Of a stretch of DNA of 64,000 nucleotides, positions 42,299-57,163 are shown piece after piece. Position numbers and translations under genes: made by a program. Position 1 is the first letter of the stretch, and each line of letters opens with the position of its first letter. Below the pieces are notes generated by a model, which was not told the DNA's origin, did not search any database, and was given only the letters and a program-made list of their open reading frames with translations. This stretch comes from the human T2T-CHM13v2.0 reference genome, Homo sapiens: NCBI RefSeq assembly GCF_009914755.1, contig NC_060927.1; one strand, 5' to 3'.

Positions 42299-42630
42299 CT
42301 TCACGCTGCTGATGAAGACATACCCAACACTGGGCAATTTACAAAAGAAAGAGGTTTATTGGACTTACATCTCCATGTGGCTGGGGAGGCCTCACAATCA
42401 TGGTGGAAGGTGAAAGCCATGTCTCAAATGGCAGCAGATGCAAGAGGAGAGACTGTGCAGGGAAATCTCCCTTTTTAAAACCATCAGATCCCTTGAGACT
42501 TACTATCACGAGAACAGAATAGCACGAGAAAGACCTGCCCCTGTGATTCAGTTACCTCCCACCGCGTCCCTCCCACAACATGTGGAAATTCAAGATGACA
42601 TTTGGGTGGTGACACAGCCAAACCATATCA
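42299..42630 (-). mobile_element. THE1 (THE1B-like) MaLR solo LTR
   Basis: gggcaatttacaaaagaaagaggttta...tttgggtggtgacacagccaaaccatatca. Confidence 0.85.
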
Positions 42631-43603
42631 AAGGACCATATAGTCAATATTCTATCCTTTGTGGGGCATGTGATCTCTGTTACAAATATTGAGCTCTTCT
42701 GTTGTGACAGGAAAATAGCCATGGACAGTAAATGAACAAATGGATGTGGCTGTGTTCAAACAAAACTTTATATACGAAAATAGATGGCAGGCCAGATGTG
42801 ACCCCTTTTTTGCCAGCCCCTGTTCTAGGATAGCTGAGTAACCTGAACATAACTGGAGATTTATGGTCACGGTATTTGCCTTATGTAGGTTTTTTGCTCA
42901 AATGTTTAATAGTATACACACCAGTGAGTAATAAACTTATGTAGTTCTTAGCATTTGAAATGCTTTAAACATCCTGGTAAACTTTGCTTTAATACTGCTT
43001 TTTACAGATGATAGACTTGGGTCATTCATTAAATTGAATTAAATTAGAATACTAAACAAGCATTCTCAGAAATCCGATAGGAAGAGACTTTTGATTTTGT
43101 ACAGCTGGTCAAATAATGTGCCTTTTTTAAAAGTATCAGATGACAGTAGGTTAGATTAAATAAATTTAGAAATGAAAGGACTCATGTTAAGACAGTTATC
43201 CTAAATACAATTAAAGTTTGCTTTCATATCAATTTGATAAGACTCATAAATATAGCTCTTAAATAAGACATTTGAAATTCACCCAACTGGTCAATAGATG
43301 ATTTCTGTAGCAGTCACACACATACAGCTTATTACAAGTATATAGTTCACTTCTAAAAAAGGTTATTACTTAAAATTTAGTTTACTTGCCATAAAAATTT
43401 CAATTTTTGTTTCAAGCTGCAAAATATTTTAAAATAGGTTAGTTATTAGGAGTTCTTTTAAATACTAGTCTATAATGAAATCTGTTAAGACATATCAGAT
43501 ATTTCTGCCCTAAAATTTATGTAGAATGATTACAACAGTGATTCTTATTAGACAGCTAAGTATGTTTCAGAAGACAATTTTGTTAAAAACCTTAAACACA
43601 ACA

Positions 43604-43865
43604 GTCAGGTACAGTGACTCATGCCTGTAATCCCAGCTATTCAGGAGGCTGAGGCAGGAGGATTGCTTAAGGCCAGGAGTTCAAGACCAACCTGGGTGAG
43701 GTAGAGAGACCCCATCTCTTAAAAAGAAAAACAAAAAAAAAAGGTTAGAAGTTAGCCAAGCATGGTAGTGCACCTGTAATCTTAGCTACTCAGGAGGTTA
43801 AGGAGGGAGGATTACTTAAGCCCAGGAGTTCGAGGTTGCAGAGTGAGACCCTGTCCAAAAAAACA
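43604..43865 (+). mobile_element. Old AluJ with right-arm deletion
   Basis: Two arms; right arm jumps from gttgcag to agtgagaccctg. Confidence 0.8.
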
Positions 43866-45313
43866 ATAAGCAGTTGTATTAAAGGTGATGTAATTGGCCT
43901 GATATAGCAAGATGGCAGCATAACGTTCTGAGCAAAACTCTTGCTTTATGAATCACAGATCACTGACTTAATGAGTCTGGATAACTTGTCTGTCTTTAGC
44001 TCCACAGTGAAAAAATTGAAATAAATGGCCTTTAAATCCCGCTCTAACTTTTAGGTGCTTCTTTGACATGTAATTTCTCTGGTCTTTGTGAGAATGAGCT
44101 ACTAGGGGCAGATATACCACAGTGAGCAGGTCAAGCATTGTTCTTACACTCAGGGAGCTCATGACCAAGAAGAAGGACATACTTAATCACTTTGTCTACC
44201 TTCTCTTGTCCTCTGTAGAGTTTAATTATATTTCAGCACAATACTCTCATCATATTTAGGGAATATAGGAAGAAATAAGCCTGTGAAACCTCTTGTTGAG
44301 TTTACCTTGATGGTATTATTTAATATATAACAAATGCCCTTCCATGGGAACCCCAGGAGAAATTGCTTTTTTCCTCCAGAAACAGTTGGGTGTCTCTGAA
44401 GCAACTGACATGATTTTATTTTGTGGGTGTTCTGTTATGTAATTGAAATTTAGTTCATTGGCTGCTAGGAAATTCAGAGCTAAATTTGTAGTATATCTCT
44501 GGCAGTTATGGAGGTTTTATGTTTCTTTCGTGTGCTGACTTCATATTAGTCTTCATTTATTCAAGTATTTAAGCATCTGTTATGTGCCAGGGGCTGAGAA
44601 TACAAGCAATGAGTAAGAAAGATTGGGCCTAGAGGGTTTCCGTAAGATAAGATTTGAGCCCAGAATTTGACACGGAGAAGAGATAAACGTGACGATCTGA
44701 AGGAAAAACACTTTCCCAACCCTCATTTTTCCCTTTGCCCCATGCCTCACATGAATTTTCATTTTGTCTGTATGTATGTGCTAGATGTATTTTTTAAAAG
44801 CTGCTTTTTAAATCCTTTCTGGAAAAAGACACAGTGTAACATAAAACATGCAGCAAAATAAATGCACTAGAAAATACTTGTAAGACAGAGGTAGAATGAG
44901 AAAAATTAGTTTGTGTGGGCAGGGGCTATAAAAGAGAGTTGGAAGGGACAAGCCTGGCTAAGGGCATTCTGCATATTGTAAGGCAAGACCTATGAGGTGT
45001 GCTCTGGGAACTTTACCATACTAGTGATACGGAGGCAGGGGGTGAAAATGAAACTTTTTTGGTCACCATGGCAGAACAGAGAAAATGAAACTTGATAGGT
45101 AAGTAGGTTCAGGTCGTACTGAGTCTTATTTAAAGGTACCTTTGCATAAACCGAGGATTATCTTTTTCACTCCAGAACTTTTAGGTAATGGTTATGGCCC
45201 ACATAAGTCATAACACAAATTATGTTGATATTCTATCTTATTAGCAAAATACAAACAAAATATTGAGGTGTTTCCAATAGGTGTCTTTTTCATTCTCAAA
45301 CTTCCTCGTATAG

Positions 45314-45483
45314 GTTCGAATTACGTTAATGAAATTTCTACCAAGCGTTTTCATGGATGCTATGAGAGACAATCCTGAAGCTGCTGTACATATTTTTGAA
45401 GGAACTCATGAAAATCCTGAGTTAATTTGGAATGATAATTCCAGAGATAAAGTGTCCACAACAGTTAGGGAAATGATGCTAGA
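45314..45483 (+). CDS. DNAJC13: Exon 49 [10 protein letters not shown]...[13 protein letters not shown]...EMMLE (IWN repeat)
   Basis: tatag|GTT, GA|gtaagt, 170 nt. Confidence 0.95.
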
Positions 45484-45642
45484 GTAAGTAAAAACAAAGG
45501 TAATAATTTATAGCCTTTAAATAAAATCACTGGGAAGGGCAAACATTTCTTACTGTGCCCATCACCTCTAAAACTTATGCTAAAGGTTAATGAAAATGTA
45601 TTTGTGACTGAAGTTTGGTATCCATCCCTTTTTTTCCCCAAG

Positions 45643-45685
45643 GCACTTTAAAAATCAGCAGGACAACCCTGAGGCAAACTGGAAG
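45643..45685 (+). CDS. DNAJC13: Exon 50 HFKNQQDNPEANWK
   Basis: ccaag|G, AAG|gtaaaa, 43 nt, restores frame. Confidence 0.93.
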
Positions 45686-46025
45686 GTAAAATATACTTTT
45701 ATTTTACATCTTATTTTCTGTTGATTTAGTTGTTTTCACTTTCTACTGAGTCAGTTTAATGCCGACCTATAACTACTTTGTCATCAAGACTCTTGGGTAT
45801 TCCCCTGGAAAATAAGGCTTCAAACATAAAAATTGGAATACTTACTTTCGAAGTTAGTAAGGGCACCCTTTCTGAACTTTATTAAGAAAAAATAAAACTC
45901 ATAATTTGATTATATTATGGCTGTTTGTGGACTGGTTAACATTATAAACAATTCTTTAATATGGTGTGCATTTCTAGCTTCAAGATTATTAAGTGACTTG
46001 ACTGTGGTTCTTTCTCTATTTAAAG

Positions 46026-46199
46026 TTGCCTGAAGATTTTGCTGTGGTGTTTGGAGAAGCAGAGGGTGAACTTGCTGTTGGAGGAGTCTTCTTGAGGATC
46101 TTTATTGCACAACCAGCCTGGGTTCTAAGAAAGCCTAGAGAATTTCTTATTGCCCTGTTAGAAAAATTAACTGAGCTCCTAGAGAAGAACAATCCTCAT
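46026..46199 (+). CDS. DNAJC13: Exon 51 [24 protein letters not shown]...KNNPH
   Basis: taaag|TTG, CAT|gtaagc, 174 nt. Confidence 0.94.
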
Positions 46200-46844
46200 G
46201 TAAGCTTCAGTCAAAAGCAAAACATTTCAAAGACTTGGCTAACTAGACTGATGGTGTTTCTCTTACAACCTTATTCACAAAGACCATGAATTAGGAATTG
46301 GCCAGCTCTTTCAATATAGCAGCCACATTTAAATTCACATATGCCCCTCGATCATTTTTTTGCCATGTTCAAAAGTGAAGCTCTTTAGTATGTTTATGAA
46401 CCAAAGTTATAGAGATATCTATATTGAGAGGATGCTATTTCTAACAGTTACAGAAGCCTGAAAAGAAGGTTTTTACTGTCCATCTCTAATGAATATGTAA
46501 TTTTAAGGAGAAACCTGTGTGTTCGGTGTTCCTCTGAGAGTGTGTTCTGTTTGGGCATGTGCTGCACTCTACTTTGTGTATATGGCAGGGATAACCCTAG
46601 TCAAAGAAATTGACAGAAGAGTAGTAACTATGTGGTTGAATCCTGTATCTGTGGCTGAGGCTGCCAGGAAAGCAGGAGTGAGTGAAAAGGTAACTTTGGT
46701 CTTGGGTTTGGCAAGCCAAATACCGTGATAGTATATAAGATTTTGTTTTTCAAAGTCTTTTTTGTTTTCAGAAGGTTTAAGATTTTGTTGAGATTGAAGA
46801 CAGTTGACCTACATGATTGTTGTTTAAACAGGCTGGCTACAGAA

Positions 46845-47070
46845 TAAGGTGATTAAGAGCCTGAGTGGTGTTATTTGATGGTTCCAGCCATACCACTGAC
46901 CAGGTCTGTGACCTTGGGCAGTACCTCATGACTCTGCCTCAGTTGCTGCATTTATAGAATAGTCATAGCAGCTGCCTCTGAGGCAGAGGTTCTGATGAGT
47001 TAATACATATATAGAATGCTTAACATAATGTCTGGCACATTTCAAGTGCTTAGAAATTAGTTACTATCAT
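46845..47070 (+). mobile_element. MIR
   Basis: ctgtgaccttgggca...ctctgcctcagtt...gtctggcacat. Confidence 0.65.
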
Positions 47071-47531
47071 TAGCTTAGTAAAACATATTTTTAAAACATG
47101 ATTAGCTTGCTGAGTATTTACCAGTGCTACTTTCCATAGTCATATTCCTCCAATAGGATTTCTACTACATACATAGTTTGCTTGGAAAATGCAGTCCTCA
47201 AAAGCTAAAACTTAGGGAAAGCACATAGCAGTTTCCTCCTATATCACCTTTCTTTTTGGACACATTCCAATTTTAATGTTAATTTAAGATGCATTTTATT
47301 ATGTTTCTGGATGTGTGCATCTAGTGGTATAAGCTGAAGGTCTTTCCAATCCGTTATCCACAATAGAAAGTGCTTTGTGGGAGCCAGACATGTTAAATAG
47401 TAGGATTTTTAATGAAACTGGGAAAAACATTTCACTAGTTCTGCATTCTTCTGGATTATTGTTCTGACACTAACATACCTGCAACATGGTCTAAAAATTT
47501 CTAGTAATATCATTTGGGACATGATCTCTTA

Positions 47532-47882
<351 letters not shown>

Positions 47883-48095
47883 TTAAAATAGCATATTCTT
47901 AAAGTCCTTTAGATTCATGCCTTTTATGAAAGAAAATGGGAAGTTCGTTGTTCTCTTAGGATTAGTGAATCTGTTTTCAAGTATCAGCACTTAGAACTTT
48001 TGAATCCCTAGTTTTGAACACCAAATACATTACCTTGGATATTTAGGACTGTATGAGTATTTTATAGTTGATTTATTTTTGTTTTACACCTGCAG

Positions 48096-48275
48096 GGAGA
48101 AACTCTGGAAACCTTGACAATGGCAACAGTGTGTCTCTTCAGCGCACAACCTCAGCTGGCAGATCAGGTCCCGCCATTGGGCCATCTTCCCAAAGTTATC
48201 CAGGCAATGAATCATAGGAACAATGCCATTCCTAAGAGTGCCATTCGGGTTATCCATGCCTTGTCTGAAAATGAG
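48096..48275 (+). CDS. DNAJC13: Exon 52 GETLETLTM...ALSENE
   Basis: tgcag|GGA, GAG|gtattg, 180 nt. Confidence 0.94.
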
Positions 48276-48626
48276 GTATTGATGAATACACTTAGTAGTT
48301 TATAAGCTCCAGAATTTATCTATGCTCCCTTCTTGACGGATATAAGTTGTAGTATTATATAAATCCCCTTTCTGCCATGTGTCTTTTTGCATACGAACCA
48401 CATGGTATTTTATTAGTTCTGGGTTTATCAAAACTGGTATTTATCAAATCAGTTTTGATAAATACCAGTTTAGGTGATATAATTAATAGATTAAATTTGG
48501 TTCAATTCATTGTTAAACTGAAAGTAAGGGATTCTTTTTTTACTTATTTACTTATTTTGTTATGGTATTTACTATGTTATATAAATATTGCCAGTCTACA
48601 AGTAACCTTCTCTTTTGGGCACTTAG

Positions 48627-48767
48627 CTGTGTGTTCGAGCCATGGCATCTTTAGAGACCATTGGCCCACTGATGAATGGAATGAAAAAGCGAGCAGATAC
48701 TGTTGGTCTAGCCTGTGAAGCAATTAATCGAATGTTTCAGAAGGAGCAGAGTGAATTAGTAGCACAA
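48627..48767 (+). CDS. DNAJC13: Exon 53 [10 protein letters not shown]...SELVAQ
   Basis: cttag|CTG, CAA|gtaagt, 141 nt. Confidence 0.94.
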
Positions 48768-48904
48768 GTAAGTGACTTTCTAGATTTAGCACTATTTTAG
48801 GAAAGCAAACATACCAAGTAGATTTTTACCTATTTGGTACTGATTTGGTTTCCTTGACTTAAGGTTGGTGAGAGTTAACTTGTGAGTTTGTGTATAAACA
48901 ATTT

Positions 48905-49005
48905 TATATTTTATATATACAAACACATACAGTAGTGTGTATAATACGTGTGTATATGTGTATGTATATATACATGGATGTTTGTGTATATATACACACA
49001 CACAA
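48905..49005. repeat. Mixed (TA)/(TG)/(CA) microsatellite
   Basis: tgtgtatatgtgtatgtatatatacat...cacacacaca. Confidence 0.7.
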
Positions 49006-49344
49006 AAATGGGGCCAGCTGCCAACAGTCTTACCAACTTGAGAGTACTTTTATGGTGTATAAAATTTACATTTTGGCTATCCATTGTGCAATTAGCTTAG
49101 TAGCTTGTTTAGCTTGATTTGTAAAATGTGCTTCATCCTCTTTGGAAAAATTCATTCGTTTATTTATTCCTTTGTTTCTTAAGTCATGTTTAAGAAACAT
49201 GCCAAGATACTGCCTTTTTCAAAGAGACTATCCACCTAATGAAAACTGGACTTGGTGGATATCCATGTAGACAGATGTTGATGGAACAAAAAAGATGCAA
49301 TAAATTTAAAAACTTACAAAAGCGATCTTTCTAAAATGTAACTC

Positions 49345-49710
49345 AAAGAACAAATACCACATGATCTGACTTGTAAGTGGAGTCTAAAACAATCAAACTT
49401 ATGAAGCAGAGAGTACAATAGTGATTACTAGAGGCTGGGGTTGGGGAGAATGGGAAAATGCTGGTCAAAAAGTACAGTTTCTGTTAGGAAGAATAAGGCT
49501 TTTAAGATCTATTGTGCATTATGTTGACTATAGTTAATAATACATTGTATATTTCAAAATTGGTAAGAGTAAATTTTAAATGTTTCCACAAAAAAATAAG
49601 TATTTGTAATGGTAGATATGCTAATTAGCTTGATTTATTCTGCATTGTATGCATGTGTCATAACATCACTTTATTTCCCATAAATACATACAATAAAAAA
49701 TAATAAAGTA
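49345..49710 (+). mobile_element. L1MA 3' end inserted in an L2 fragment
   Basis: caaataccacatgatct...actatagttaataatacattgtatatttcaaaattg...; degenerate TSD tct(a/g)aaat(g/a)taact. Confidence 0.75.
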
Positions 49711-49994
49711 TTTAAATAGAATTCTGAAATATAACTGAGCCATTCTTCATCTTAAAAACCATTCAGTGGTTTCTCATTACCTGCCAGATGACTAAGTGAC
49801 ATCTGGTATCCTTAGCCAGAATACAAGGCCCTGCATCTTTATTATCTGGGCTTCCCCTTCTCCCAGCCCCTCAGCCTTACCCACTGGACCCTCATTGAGG
49901 CAAGTAGAGCTGTTGGGTACATCTCAAGGAGATACTGGATGCTCTAAGGTTCAGACTTATGATTGGCTTGAGGAGTTTGATGTGTAGGAAAGAA

Positions 49995-50150
49995 CATGAG
50001 CTGGTACTACCACTTGTTGGCTCTCTGACCTCAGACATGATATTTAACCTTAAAATGCTCAGATTTCTCATCTGTAAAATAAGGTTGTGACTATCTCACA
50101 AGGTTGTTATGAGAACAGTACCTGAAAAAAGAGGTGCATTCACTAAATGT
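49995..50150 (+). mobile_element. MIR
   Basis: ctcagatttctcatctgtaaaataagg...ctcacaaggttgttatgaga. Confidence 0.65.
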
Positions 50151-50674
50151 CTTTTATTTCTTCCTATTCCCTCTGAGTTTCAAAATGGATAGTGAAAATT
50201 GTGACATTAGATTATTATTCAGCTTTTATTAGGCTGATATGAAATGTACGATGACCACAAAGATTGGTGTTTGAAGAAAATATGAAAAAATACTAATGTA
50301 TTTCAGAGATTGTTGCCTATTAATACAGTGTTACTAGGGCAGGCAGCCCAGTATAGGGGCTAAAAGCTCAGGTTCTATGTTTTCTGGCTCCAGATACATA
50401 TTTTAATACTGCCCAGCTCTGTGATTATGAACATACTGTTTTACCCTCTGTGCATTAATTGAATAAAATAATTGATGTATAGCATTTAGAATGGTTAATG
50501 GACAGAATAAAATCTCATTAAATAAAAATGTCATTAGATACTTAAGCCTGTGTATGGCATTAAAATACGGTGCAACAGGCTGCCTTCCAGGTAGGTCCTG
50601 GGGGTAAAATTATTTCTTCAGTGGATGATTTGCATTTTTTCTGTGTGTTTATATATGCTTAATATTTCTTCTAG

Positions 50675-50818
50675 GCCCTGAAAGCAGATTTGGTTCCATA
50701 CCTCTTAAAATTACTCGAAGGCATTGGCCTTGAAAACCTGGACAGCCCAGCAGCCACTAAGGCTCAGATTGTTAAAGCTCTCAAGGCAATGACTCGAAGT
50801 TTGCAGTATGGAGAACAG
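50675..50818 (+). CDS. DNAJC13: Exon 54 [11 protein letters not shown]...SLQYGEQ
   Basis: tctag|GCC, CAG|gtgagt, 144 nt. Confidence 0.95.
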
Positions 50819-51433
50819 GTGAGTCTGCATAGAGTCAACTTTTGATATTCTAAAAGCCAGGGTCTTGGCCATGGATGGTCCACGTACCTGTGTTCAAGTT
50901 CCACTTACAGATATGGTTCTGTTGGTTGTAACTGGAGAAGATCCAGAGCCCAAGGATGGACTTGCATACCTGCCTCATAACTGATGAAAAAGCATAAACC
51001 ATATACTCAATATTCAGGAGAATTCTTCTGGATAGTGATGGCATGTTGTACATTTCAGGAAGAAAAATGCTGGAAATCTTTAGCATGGAATATGCAGCAT
51101 TTAGTGCTGCTTAAGATTAACTTTCAGCTCTAGGAGTTATTCATGGGTAGTGATAACCAAATTCATTAACCATCCCATAATGCTATTTTAAAAGATGTAG
51201 AACATCATTTTTGTTTTCATTTCCTTTCTTGCTGGTGCTTAAAAAGTGTTGGTTTTTTTTTTCTTTGGTCGTGACTTTGTTTTTCCTATGTGTGTTAATG
51301 TATTTCAGCTGCACGTATTTGCTGACTTCAGGCCTGTTCAGTAATTTAATTTTCCTCATTGGTTTTATTTTTATTATTTCCTCTAAGGAGTTCCTCATTC
51401 AGTGTACTATATAGCCCCATCTACTAATGCTCA

Positions 51434-51843
51434 TTTTTTTTTAATTGACGTGAAATTTACATAGCATAAAATTAACCATTTTATGGTGAATAGTTAAGTG
51501 GCATTTAGGACATTAACAGTGTTGTACAAACACCACCGTATCTAGTTCCAAAACATTTTCATCACCTCTGTACCCATTCAGCAGCTACTCTCCCTTTCTT
51601 CCTTCCCCCAACCTTTGGCACCCACCAATCTGTTTTCTGTCTCTGGATTTACCTCTTCTGCGTATTTCATATAAATATAATCATACATATGTGACCCTTT
51701 GTGTCTATCTTGTCATTTAGCATGTTTTTAAGCATCATCCATGTTACCAATGCTTCATTTTTATGTCTAAATATGTCATTGTACGTAAATGCTCCAATTT
51801 GTTTATCCATTCATCTATTGATGGACATTTGGGTTATTTCCCC
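51434..51843 (-). mobile_element. L1MB-like 3' end, TSD ctactaatg
   Basis: aaattaaccattt...gtggcatttag.acatt...gtttatccattcatctattgatggacatttggg; ctactaatg at 51421 and 51844. Confidence 0.8.
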
Positions 51844-51990
51844 TACTAATGTTCCATAGGTTTTAATTGACTTCAGCTACAGCTTCCCGGTAATGAATTT
51901 ACTGGATTTGTATGTTTCAAGTAAAGAAACATTTTTCATACCATTGTCATTCTATCAATATGATCATTTAAATGATTTAAAATGATATTA

Positions 51991-52294
<304 letters not shown>

Positions 52295-52669
52295 TTAAAG
52301 AAGAGAGGCAGCACTTCTGCATATATTAAAGAAGAGACTGCAGTATTGCTGCAGTCATTAACTGATGTGTTTTTAGAAGTATTTTCTTGGTTTTTGCCTA
52401 TGAGTGTTCTAAATGCCAAGCAAAGGCTCTCCTGCGTACCACTTGCAGCAGTTGTCTTGTCTTTGACTTGCCTCAGGATTCCTGGTAATGAAATTAGCAA
52501 AGTAATCCTGACACCCACTTCCTACACCCAAGGGAGGGGAGGAAAGAGGTATAGTAGTTTCTAAATAGGAACTCCCCTACCAGCTTTACAACTAATCACT
52601 TCCACTACTGCTTCTTTCCCGGGTTGGAGCAGGTGCCCCCCTCCCTTGGACTCACATGGTCCCCTTGTA

Positions 52670-52815
52670 TAACCCTACTTTAATTCTTACCACAAAATTA
52701 TTTGACGCTGTCTTCCCTACTAGATTGTAAGCACTTCAGAGACAGTCTGTCTTTCTCATCTTTGTGTTCACTGTGCCTACCACATAAGAGGTGCTCAGTA
52801 AATACTAGATATGAA
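52670..52815 (+). mobile_element. L2 3' end
   Basis: tgtcttccctactagattgtaagc...gtgctcagtaaata. Confidence 0.6.
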
Positions 52816-53482
52816 CATTGATGTGCAAAAGCTATTCACTAAGGTGGTATTTCCTAAATGTTTTGTCACACAGAAATGTCTTTCATCTTAGTTTAGTGCA
52901 TATTCCCACACATGTATTATTTATACTCATATATGTGTATGTATTTCAAGTATATACAAGTCCTCATTTTACTTCTGATACTCTGATGCTTTCTATATTG
53001 ACCAATTTTGTTTTTTCAACAACACTCCTGATTGTTTCATAAACCTCTTTAGGTCACAGCTCATAATTTGAAACACTGCTTTAAGTTTTAGCTCAATTTG
53101 GCTGTACCTTCTCCCCAAACTCCTTCCTCAGGAATAGCTCATCAGCCCATACACTGTCAGCCATCTGTTACTGTCACAAGAAAATACTCTGCATAGGTAT
53201 CTTCCTCCTTGAATTACATATAAGTCGGTAATTGTAGGTTCAAATAATAGAGTCCAGCTTCAGAGGGACGACTGACTTGAGGACTTCTTTGGGTCTGCCT
53301 TAATGAGATGTGTCTGGCATAGTGCCTGCTATGGAGTGTTTGATGAATGCTAGTTCTTGCTCCATATTTGGGTCTTTCCTCACTGGCCTTCTTCCTTGTT
53401 GCTTTGGAAGTTGGTTTTTCTTTTTGTCTTCCAACATCCAGTCCTTGATTTTATGTTCAAAGGGCTTGTTTTACTTTCCTAG

Positions 53483-53582
53483 GTGAATGAAATCCTGTGC
53501 CGTTCTTCAGTCTGGAGTGCCTTCAAAGATCAGAAACATGATTTGTTCATTTCTGAGTCACAAACAGCAGGATACCTCACAG
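53483..53582 (+). CDS. DNAJC13: Exon 55 [33 protein letters not shown]
   Basis: cctag|GTG, G|gtaagc, 100 nt. Confidence 0.95.
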
Positions 53583-54000
53583 GTAAGCCATACCTAATTG
53601 GTTATTGTAAGACACCTGGCAGAAGCCACTTGGACCTTCCTTTTGCCCTAAATAGACTTAAAATTGTGTTCAGAGTGTTTCTTAGGCTACCAGCTGACCT
53701 TTCTTGGAGGTGCTATGAGCATGTAGTAGACATATGGTCTTAGCTTTATATAGCATGCAAACTGTTGTTGTGTTGAATGGGTACTGACTAAAGCATGTAT
53801 TTTGTTCAGTTTTGATCCAGTTAATTGGGTCATAGAATATATTTGGAGCATGTCTGTATTAAAGTATTTATCTTGTAAAGAGAAGGAATAAATATCTGCT
53901 GAGGAATATCAGTGTCAGAAACATGATTCATCATTCCATATCTGTCAGAATAACAGATTAAAACTCCAAATATGTATAATTGTATGTAAAAGATATTCTT

Positions 54001-54304
<304 letters not shown>

Positions 54305-55218
54305 CTAAGTTTCCAGTGATTTGTTTATGGTTTTGCTAAATATTTAGGGTGTGTCGTTTTATGGGGGTGGAATACATAGGTATCATGAATGAAAGGATGT
54401 TTTACTGCTTTGGTTTCAAAAGATACTATGTTTAAAACTCAGAACATTTGACACACTAATTGCATAATTTTAGAATAGTCATTTTCATATAGGCTTCAAC
54501 ATAAGTCAGACTCTTGCTGAATGCTAAAGAGGCAATATCTAGTCTGCTATAAAAGTTCTTAATTTGAAATTAACCTTAGGAATATGAGGCGGTTCTTGCT
54601 GTCTGCCTGAAATTGTAGTATATAAAAAGATGTCAGCCCTGCATTCTCTCCTAACCAAAGATGATAAACTAAGAGAAAAAATTATCACCCAGGGTTTCTA
54701 AGCCATTGTAATTGTTTTAATCTTGATTGCTAGTATAGAAGTTTATAAGATCATGAAGACTTTATCTTGAATATTCAAAATTAGAGGCTTTGGAGGAAAT
54801 TTTACCTGGTTTTAATTTTAAACTTGGTGTGACACTTTTTTTTCTTCACCATAACCACTTTAATATTGACACTCCTAAAGTTGGAGCAGAGTCCTAAAAT
54901 TTATAAACATGCAGTGCTTTGGCTGCAGGTCATGTCCTGTTCAGAACAGTGTCATAGGTTTTTATTTTAACTTTTCCATCCCCTGTCCCTCATATCTATG
55001 GAGAAAAATACCTAGACTGTGTTCTCAGTCTGTCCCATATCTCTCTTCAGATTTGGTGTTAAAATTATAGCTTCTAAGTAGGAGTTTGTTCTTATAGGCA
55101 GTATAAAAACTTTACCTCTTTAGCCTATGTCCAAAAGTTCACATACCACGTTTTCATGGCATTACATTCATTACTTTTTGTATAAGGATGGTATGATTGA
55201 AAAAAAAAAATCTGCCTT

Positions 55219-56163
<945 letters not shown>

Positions 56164-56885
56164 AGCCTTATTTTTCTTAACTAAGAGTAAATTGGCCCTG
56201 AAGAATAGTAATGTGTATATTATAAGCTTCTCTACAGGAAAGCCTCTTCTAATTCTTCTGTTCAGTCTTATCTATCATTCTTTGACTTAACTTGATGAAA
56301 TAAAAAACATATGTCCTTGACTTACAGAGTGTGAACCAAAAGGTCTGTGGTTAGAATCCAGAAGAAATAGGGGTTTATCTTCAGAAACCTGGACTTCCTT
56401 TGGTCCTCACCCCCATCCACATGCTTTAGTAACTATAGGGAAAAGGTATAGGCAGTAAAAAGCTTCTTGTCTGTGCCTTTCCTTTTACTTGGATCCATGC
56501 GGTGGCTTCTGAATGAGATATGAAAAGTGGCTGTGAAGGGGTTAGAAGAAGGTTAGGGAAAAAGAAAAGTTGGGGTATACAAATTTCTTCCCATCCCTGA
56601 GCCGGCTTAAGGGACAGCAAGTTCTGTACAGGTCTGGCCAAATGGGGAGATGGTATAAAACCCAACCAGGAAGGGGCATGGAGATAATGAGTCTTCCAGA
56701 AGGCCATTACTGAAGCCTGCAGACGTGTCCATGTAGAACAGTCTGGATAAGCTGTAAGCATTGTTGACCCCAGAATTGTGAAATTCTGAGCATGTTATCA
56801 ATCTGGGATGCTCTTTTTTAGCGATGTCAGTTGCTGGAAATTTTTTCATCAGCTCTAGTCTGTCCTATTTGAAAGGACCAACTTG

Positions 56886-57163
56886 CCAGGTGCAATGGCT
56901 CGTGTCTGTAATCCCAGCAATTTTGGAGGCCAAGGTGGGCGGACTGCTTGAGTCCAGGAGTTCCAGACCAGCGTGGGCAACACGGCAAGACCCCGTCTCT
57001 ATAAAAAAATACAAAAATTTAGCCAGGCATGTTGGTGCATGCCTGTAGTCCCACCTACTCGGGAGGCTCTCTTGAGCCTAGGAGGTGGAGGTCACAGGTG
57101 AGCTGAGCTCTCACCACCACACTCCAGCCTGGGCAATAGAGCAAGACCCTGTCTCAAAAAAAA
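56886..57163 (+). mobile_element. AluJ
   Basis: Dimeric Alu with A tail. Confidence 0.88.
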
